Source: Octopus vulgaris (Eukaryota). Taken from it: a DNA stretch of 64,000 nt. Shown piece after piece: positions 55,786-64,000 of the stretch (positions are counted from its first letter, which is position 1; every line of letters begins with the position of its first letter). Position numbers and translations under genes: made by a program. Location of the stretch: assembly GCA_951406725.2 (NCBI GenBank), contig OX597821.1:75268001-75332000 (forward strand), written 5' to 3'. The notes under the pieces were generated by a model, which ran no database searches, was not told the DNA's origin, and saw nothing but the letters and a program-made list of their open reading frames with translations.

Positions 55786-56180
55786 ATAACCTCCACTATA
55801 TATATTGTTCCCTTATTTCATCATTGAGATAAGTTATGTTTTTACTTTACATTAATATTGTTAAATTTTATTTGTTTATTTAATATTAAGATACATATAT
55901 TTATATATTTATTGTTTAATTATAATATCTTCATTTATTTTATGATATTTTTTGACCTCACGAGTGGCTATATATTTTTAAAATCTAATTAGTATTAACT
56001 TTTAATATTATCAATTTAAATATTTGGTCATGAAACGCGCGTAGTCGATAAATGTTTATTTTTGTTTTGTGATTTTTAGAATAATATTTATAATATATTT
56101 TATTACTTTCTATATGGTTTTGAAAAGATGATATCGTTCAGTATTGATTGAATTGTTAAACAGAGGTTTTGTCTCTAAAT

Positions 56181-56241
<61 letters not shown>

Positions 56242-56477
56242 ACGTATCTATATAAAAGGTGTGTATTTTGAGCTCGCGCGTATAACTTGTTCGGCATGTC
56301 AGGTAAATTCACCGTCTTTTTGCAATAAAATAGTTTTTAACTATTAATGGTGAGATACTATGTATATATATTCTCGGTGCAATATCCTCACAGTGAACTT
56401 TCCCGGCTGTGAATTGTTGGTGAATTTTTTCCAGTAATCCTTGTTCGGGCAGTTGGTGCTGATTCTGAAGAGGCTAT

Positions 56478-57196
56478 TTCCTATCTTTTTAATATTGAAA
56501 TAAACAGACGTAGATTTGGTGAAGATTTCTAATAATTTAATCCACGCTATTTTGTTCCTAAAACATATCTGGTTAAATAACAATGAGTTGCCAAAGGCAC
56601 ATATATGCAGATAAAGTAAGCCATTAAATACTGGCCTGGTTTATTGCTACTTAATAAACAGCTGACTACATCATCTTTGAGGAGCGGTAAGTAATTATGA
56701 AACATCCATGGTTTAGGATAAATAACTGCCTTGCAACAGCAACAGTTAACTTCGGAAAATGTCCAGTGGTGTACATCATCGCATGTTGTGTCGTTTGTGC
56801 TGCACACCTAGAGCAAGAACAAGCCTATTCGAAAGTCTCAAACACAACAGTAGGAAGTTTGATAAATCACATGGCTTTCAAATATATCATTTTGTGTATT
56901 CTAGTTTGGTATTTAAATCTGCGTAAGCACTTACTTGGAATTATTGGAGAGATAAATTCTGGCAAGTGGGTATACAGTTATGGTGTGGAATCCGACAGCA
57001 ACACTGATCACCCTTGATCTATTGAGGATTTTCAGACACACCATCTCTAGCATGCTTGTGTGCGCGCCCTTGCGCGTGTGTAGATCGTAGAGCTCTGTGT
57101 CTCAGATCAGGTAACAGAATTAAGCGGAGGGAATTAAGGACATCTATTCCACTGAAACTGATTTTTTTCTATTGCGTTCGATTTGTTAATAGCAAC

Positions 57197-57231
<35 letters not shown>

Positions 57232-57777
57232 CCTTTTATCAAACTCCTTTGGTTATGAAATCAAAGCAGATGGAACATGTTGGTGAGGTTCCTACTTCTG
57301 GTTGTTTTGTATATAAGGCTAGCACGTGCTCCGCTACTTGTGGTATGAAAGACTTGTCTCAGGTATGACTAATTTAGACTGAAAATACTCGCACATTCAC
57401 ATCTGTAAATAACTACATATCGATTAGTCATCTGTTATGCAATGCCAAAACACAGTGTGAAGGAAATTTGCCATTTTGCGTGGTGAATATCAGAAACCTT
57501 CAGGCTAATCTGTATAATCCAGAAAGAAAAACCTAGTTGGTCGATTCCTATCTTTTTAATTTCGAAATAAACACACGTAGACTTGCTGAAAATTGCTATT
57601 CATTTAATCCACGTTGTTTTGTGCATAAAACATATCTGGTTGAATAACAATGAGTCGCCAAATGCACATATATGCAAATCGAGTTAGCCAGTCAATACTC
57701 GTCTGGTTTATGACTAGTTTATAAAGCAGCTGACTACATCATCTTTGAGGAGCGGTAAGTATCTATGAAACATCCAT
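56478..57777. repeat. Diverged ~232-bp direct duplication (56478-56709 and 57545-57777)
   Basis: Colinear by eye; includes a 35-nt identical block cagctgactacatcatctttgaggagcggtaagta. Confidence 0.9.
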
Positions 57778-58363
57778 CAACAAGATTCTGTCACTCAATT
57801 TCTCGCGCAACACACCATAGAAGAAATGTGCTTACGTTTGTGTTCTACCAACACCTAAACTTTGAAATATTTCAAGGCAACAGACGACTGCATAACCTCT
57901 CCAGAGTTTGCCGTTTATTATCAGGATAAAAACATTTCTCCATACACAGTGATTACTAAAAGATCTCATTCTCGAAGGCTCGTGTCATCTTTCCACACAG
58001 CTTCTCCGCGGCAGCTATAAGCTGTGGCACAACTGTAGAAAGATGGCGCATTTATTAAACTGTTGTGAATGAACAGACCCAGAACAATGAGATGAGCTGA
58101 ATATCAGGTAATGTTTGAGGAGAATCGTCTGAAAGTAAGGAAAATATATCCCACTCTTTGAATGGAATGTATGAACTATCGGTACTCTGTGTACTTTGGC
58201 AACAATAGTTAGCGGGGTTGGGGTGGGAAAACTGTGTTAATGTATGCATCAACTAAGTGTGTTAATGAATGTACAGGAGGAGATTAACTATTGTTTCAGC
58301 CTTTGTATTTATATCTATGTGTATAGTGCCTTTGCCTATATCCTTACACACACACCTCTGTGA

Positions 58364-58410
<47 letters not shown>

Positions 58411-58694
58411 GATATTTAGATATGTGTGTATACATATATGCATATATATATATGCGTGCGAGTGTATGTGCGTGTTAGTGTGGTATTGGCAGATGTATGT
58501 ATGTATATAACACATATATACACACACACATATATATATATACATATGCATATGTATATATATTTATACATACATATGCAGATATATATATGGATATATA
58601 TATATCCATATATATGTGTATACACACACACATATAATACACAGAGACAAATACATAGTTATATGCATATATGTACATATGATGTGCTTGTTCG

Positions 58695-58727
<33 letters not shown>

Positions 58728-59459
58728 ATGTGTATGTATGTATATATGTTTACACTGATACAGACACACAATTACACTCTCACACACACATACACACTCG
58801 TTCTCCTCTCTCTCTCTCTCTCTCTCTCCCTCTCATACACACATATATGTTGTGATGTGCCAAAATACGTGAACATCTATAACAATTTATAACGATACAT
58901 ACATATAGACCGTGTCACATCCCCTAATATCAAAATTAATGTTGTTTGAGATGTTGACCTCTGAGTAAACAACCTTTCGCCCTTTTATGATAAAAGAATT
59001 AAGGACACTAATAGAACATGACTTGTTCAATTAAATATTCTTCTCACGTTCTATCAAAACTATTCTGATTGTAATTCTAGAGTTCTTGTTCGATTACACG
59101 TAGAGGAGGATTCACAGCTTAACTTAACCTATGTGATGGATTTCACTTTTGGTTTAAGAAGATTCATCAATATCTCTGATTTCTAATATCAGAATATAAC
59201 TACAAAATTCTAAGGAGAGCCGCCGCTTATGGAATCGACCCCCTTGCATACTTAATATTTATTTTACAGGAAGCGGAAAATTTTATAGACAACGGAATTT
59301 ATAACATAAAGGGATGTAACCATTGGGAACTAAATATTTATTCCAGCAATCAATCTATTCTGTCACACAATATATTGAATTAATCACTAATATTTTCATA
59401 ATTAGGGCACAAAACATTTTTTTAGCAGAGTCGGTTAAATTAGTCCATATACATAAATA

Positions 59460-59494
<35 letters not shown>

Positions 59495-60399
59495 TAGATA
59501 TAAGCATAAATTCACGCACTCACACACACATATATATACAAGTGATATTTAAATTAATTGTCAACCCAACAGTAAATAAACAGGAATGATCTCGATGGGA
59601 TTTGAACCCAGAGAGCGAAAAGGCGTAATAAAATATTTCAGGAAATCAAGTCATGTGAAATGCCGATCCCATTAACAAGTACCCTTTCGTATTAGCACAT
59701 TTCCACAAACTGTTGACTAATGGTATTGTCTATTGAATGAAACTGTGTTTCTTACTGCTATTTATAATAATTTTTATCAGAAGGAAGAATGGAACGTTGA
59801 CTTTAGAAAAACTTCCAAATGAAAGCGTAAATAGATGTTAGAAGTTTCAAACGCTTTAGTCCAGCAACGTCTGATGTTTCCATTTTGTCGTATTGACTAC
59901 TACAGGGCGAAAAGCACTGAGATTACTGTGATGTCTTTTGCTCGAGACTCTCTCAACTCAAATGGTTAAGCTCTCCTAGAAGCATTCAGTTATCTTTTAC
60001 ACATCGAGGCTGTAAATATCAGTATCATACTATAAATCTATCCTGGAGAGGGTTTACCTATGCCAAGCAAATTCATCTCAGATATAGAACTTAAAGTTAA
60101 CGAACCACACAATTAGCCTACACACGGCCGCTCATCATGTTAAGCAAAGTAGCCACATTTCCCAGAAATCAGACCTCAAATATTGTACATTTACTAATGC
60201 AGTTGTGGCACATTATGTCCCAAAATAATGGGATACTGAAACAATACAATAATATATAAGTGGTTTTCTGTCTATCTGTGTATTTAGTATATGCTCGTTT
60301 GTTTATTTATTACAGGTTTTTAAAAAAAATTAAATATGGGGAGGTCATATTTTCCATTTGTTGTCTTTTTATTCAACACGCTATTCTCTTTTACTCTTT

Positions 60400-60789
60400 T
60401 ACATGTTTCAGTCATTTGACTGCGGCCATGCTGGAGCACCGCCTTTAGTCAAGCAAATCGACCCTGGTACTTATTCTTTGTAAGCCCAGTACTTATTCTA
60501 TAGGTCTCTTTTGCCGAACCGCTAAGGGACGTAAACACACCAGCATCGGTTGTCAAGCAATGCTAGGGGTACAAACACAGACACACAAACACACACACAT
60601 ACGTACATATACATATATATACATATATACGACAGGCTTCTTTCAGTTTCCGTCTACCAAATCCACTCACAAAGCATTGGTCGGCCCGGGGCTATAGCAG
60701 AAGACACTTGCCCAAGATGCCACGCAGTGGACTGAACCCGGAACCACGTGGTTGGTTAGCAAGCTACTTACCACACATCCACTCCTGCG

Positions 60790-60792
<3 letters not shown>
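60400..60792 (-). mobile_element. SINE family A, full length, young
   Basis: Complete head aggcgcaggagtgg..gggttcagtcc and tail ggcggtgctccagcatggccgcagtcaaatgactgaaac on minus strand. Confidence 0.9.
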
Positions 60793-60841
<49 letters not shown>

Positions 60842-61167
60842 AGTGGAATGCGGTACGCATAACTGTCCGTTGGTGATACTCAGTCTGCATGGTATAACAT
60901 ATCGTTGTGACAGTATCGAACACCTTGCCTTTATCTAATGATTCATAAAAGTATAGTGTTGTGATAGTTTGCCATTGCCTGCTCTTGACTCATGAAAATA
61001 TTTCGAGTCATGAGTGTAAACCGGTCGGATTCAAGATGAATTTGCAATATTTCCTCTCCAAACGGGTGATAAAATTAAAACTTCAGCAACAATGTTAACC
61101 TAAAGGAATAAAAAAGCTTGTGGTGGTGCTTCGACGCAGTTTATAATATATCAAATAACTGAAAGTG

Positions 61168-61365
61168 GAGGGCTGGTAGAATCGTTACCACGCCGGGCAA
61201 TATCCATTGCGGCGTTTCGTCCGTCTATAAGTTCTCAGTTAAAATTCCGCCGCGGCTGAGATTGTCTTTCGTCATTCGGGGTCGATCAAAAATAATACTA
61301 GTTGAACACTGGGGTCTTATACATCCTACAAAATTTCTGGCCTTGCGCCAAAAGTTGAAACTAAT
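61168..61365 (+). mobile_element. SINE family B, old copy
   Basis: gctggtagaatcgttaccacgccgggcaa..aaattccgccg..ttcggggtcgat..cactggggtc. Confidence 0.7.
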
Positions 61366-62815
61366 AGTTCAAACAACTTTCTGACCCGAAAATTATTAAA
61401 ATAATTTGCATTAACGGCGGTGCATCAGCATGGCCGCAGCTCTGAGATTAATCCACAGAAAAATAATATTAGATGCAGTTAACCTGGAAATATATTCTTA
61501 CACTTTCTGTTTGAAGATAATAGGATATAACGAGAGGGAGTTTTAACCGCTATTTTTAACAAATCAAATGCTTATGTAGAGGGCTTTGTTTACTGTTTAC
61601 AGCATACAAAAAAAAATTCAGAGCAAATCAACTGTTCCTTAAAATGAAGACTGTGCCCCTTATGTCGCAGAAAACAAATGTTACACTACTAAATGAAAAG
61701 AAACGAATGACTGAATCTTAGCAGGTGGTAGGCTCATTTTTATCCAGTAAATCATTCATTTATTTACTGAATAAAGTAAGAATAAATTTGGCTACAAATA
61801 AGAAAGAAAATTGCATTGTTGCTTTCAATACAGTCCTTTTGCAAGGCGAAACAGAATACATGTTTTGTAGGAATAACGACATTGAATTAAATATATTTCC
61901 ACTCTCGAAGACTTTTCTTTAAGTGCTTTATTTGAAGGGACCAGATTTACCATTTACCGACTAGGAAAGTGCTGTCAGCCTCGGACATCTTTGGTTGCCC
62001 CGCCGGCGAAATTCTTTTTCCCACGAGAGTTCCGGAGTCCCAGTAATGAACTCATTTGCATACAACCAATCAGAGCTCAGCTTACCTTGTTGTGAAGTTA
62101 ACAAACACACTAAAGTAAACTCAAGACGAAGAAACTGTGTTGTAAGTCGACCGATCGCCAAGTTACGCCTGATTTTAGAAGGAGACAAGTAGATTAGAGA
62201 GACTTGCATCTATATCTATTATTGGATTTCGTTAGGGCCCCATATGGTAAAGATGTGGATGGGGAAAATGTGGGTGGAGGGTGATGTGTTAGCAAACCTC
62301 TCTCTTTAGTGTTATACAAAATAAACAACAACACAAATAACTACGCAGAGGCAGCCATGGTTGGATCAAGAACAAGAACAAGAAGCATTATTAAAGAACA
62401 AAAAAAAGCATGGTCATTCCTTACCCATGTGACCTTATCTTATCGCCCATCACCTGTTATGCGCTCATAAATTAGACTGATAATTGAGCTTTGATTGACT
62501 GTGTACAAATGAGTTCATAAACGAGGTCCGGAACATTCATGGGAAAAAAATTTCGCGGTCCGCCGTACACAGAAATGGTAACTGGTATTGATTTAAGGGA
62601 GGTAACTCCACCTTGTCCTAGGCTTTGCATGTAGAGTTGTGTTCGGAATGTTTTTGTGTTCAAAAAATTACCTGACCATGACGTGTTTCTCCATGCAGTG
62701 ACAGGGAGGATATGTGCCTCCAGCGATTTCAGTCTGCCGAATCGTATATGCGGCTAAGTGCTGTGTAGGTGCGAAATCAGGGGTCACACTCTGATCGCCC
62801 ATAAATAAAAACCTT

Positions 62816-62865
<50 letters not shown>

Positions 62866-63002
62866 AACACGAGTTGTGATATATAAAAAAATGAAGAAAA
62901 TGCTAACAAAATAATTCAAGTAATTTAAGTAATTTAATTAGGTGAAAGTGTTGTTTGTGTGTGTGAGTTCCTTTCTGTGTTTTTCCTCTTATCTTATTTT
63001 GT

Positions 63003-63047
<45 letters not shown>

Positions 63048-63049
63048 GT

Positions 63050-63383
63050 GATGGCGCATGGTTCAGTGGTTAGAGCGTCGAGCTTACGATCGTGAGGTTG
63101 TGATTTCGAATCCCGGACCGGGCTGCGTGTTGTGTTCTTGAGCAAGAGATTTTATTTCACGTTACTCCAGTTCACTCACCTGTAGAAATGAGTTGCGATG
63201 TCACAGGTGCCAAGCTGTATCGGCTTTTGCCTTTCCCTTGGATAACACTGGTGGCGTAGAGAGGGGAGGCCGGTATGCATGGGCGACTGCTGGTCTTCCA
63301 TAAACAACCTTGCCCGGACTTGTGCCAAGGAGGGTAACTTTCTAGGTGCAATCCCATGGTCAGTCATGACCGAAGGGGGTCTC
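63050..63383 (+). mobile_element. tRNA-derived SINE family D
   Basis: A box tggttcagtgg, B box gatttcgaatccc, gtgttcttgagcaag..ctgtagaaatgagt; inserted within (TG)n. Confidence 0.85.
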
Positions 63384-63451
63384 GGCAGTGTGTGTGTGTG
63401 TATAACCATTAGTCTGCGTCCAACCTGCAATACCTTCTTGAAGAACGTAAA

Positions 63452-63772
63452 TCGATCGACCCAAGAACTAAATTATTATTCGAGCTTCTTTGACGAACTT
63501 CTAAGTTACTAGGACGTAAATACACCAACACCGGTTGTCAAGCAGTGGTGGAAATTAAACACAGGCGCATGATACACACACACACACTCACACACACACA
63601 CACACACACATTCGAGGGACCCTTTTCAGTTTCTGTCTACCAAATCCGTTCACAAGTCTTTGGCTAATTAGAGGATAGAATAGAAATCACTTGCGCAAGG
63701 TTCCATTGAGTAGAACTGAACGTGGTTTCATGTGATCGGGAAGCTGGTTTCTTACAAGACAGCCTCACCTAC
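63452..63772 (-). mobile_element. SINE family A, degenerate
   Basis: ggacgtaaatacaccaacaccggttgtcaagc..ttcagtttctgtctaccaaatcc..cacttgcgcaagg. Confidence 0.7.
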
Positions 63773-64000
63773 ACCAAGCCAGGAATCATTAAATAGCACC
63801 TAACTTTGATTCTTGCAGTGTTGTTTTTTTTTTTGTAAAGATGCTGAATACGTTTATAATCACCTGAAGAAAACGGGTTTTTTCGCATGATGTAATAACT
63901 CTATTCATCAATAAAAGAAAAAAACTGATTTGAAACAGCTGTAGTGAGTGAAGCAATACCTGTCCGTTGTTATTTACTGATTATTGACCTTATCGGAAAC

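Noticed and set aside
56344-56807. Minus-strand ORFs with vague likeness to MULE transposase or IgGFc-binding motifs
   Set aside because: Similarity is not specific, and the duplicate copy shows stops and no third-position bias

Overview
AT-rich, microsatellite-saturated eukaryotic non-coding DNA. The SINE repertoire and (TA)n/(TATC)n/(TATG)n landscape suggest an octopus/cephalopod genome (inference). I found no host protein-coding gene I can support. Most supplied ORFs are microsatellite artefacts; the recognisable protein fragments are all transposon-derived (CR1/L2-type, L1-Tx1, RTE and R4/Dong-type LINEs, mariner). The window holds at least five tRNA-derived SINE families, non-autonomous Helitrons, Tc1/mariner MITEs and many fold-back palindromes. 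Three signals stand out. (1) About a dozen minimal type-I hammerhead-ribozyme motifs (some with intact cores, many degenerate) occur in several unrelated short elements. One is a ~500-bp unit whose two copies are circular permutations of each other (retrozyme/Penelope-like); another carries a tRNA-like Pol III head. (2) A Tx1-like LINE is repeatedly embedded in (TATC)n, and its 3' tail is shared with a SINE whose target-site duplications start with R-R-T-A-T. (3) One SINE head/body occurs with four different 3' modules. All coordinates and identities were read by eye and may be off by a few bases.
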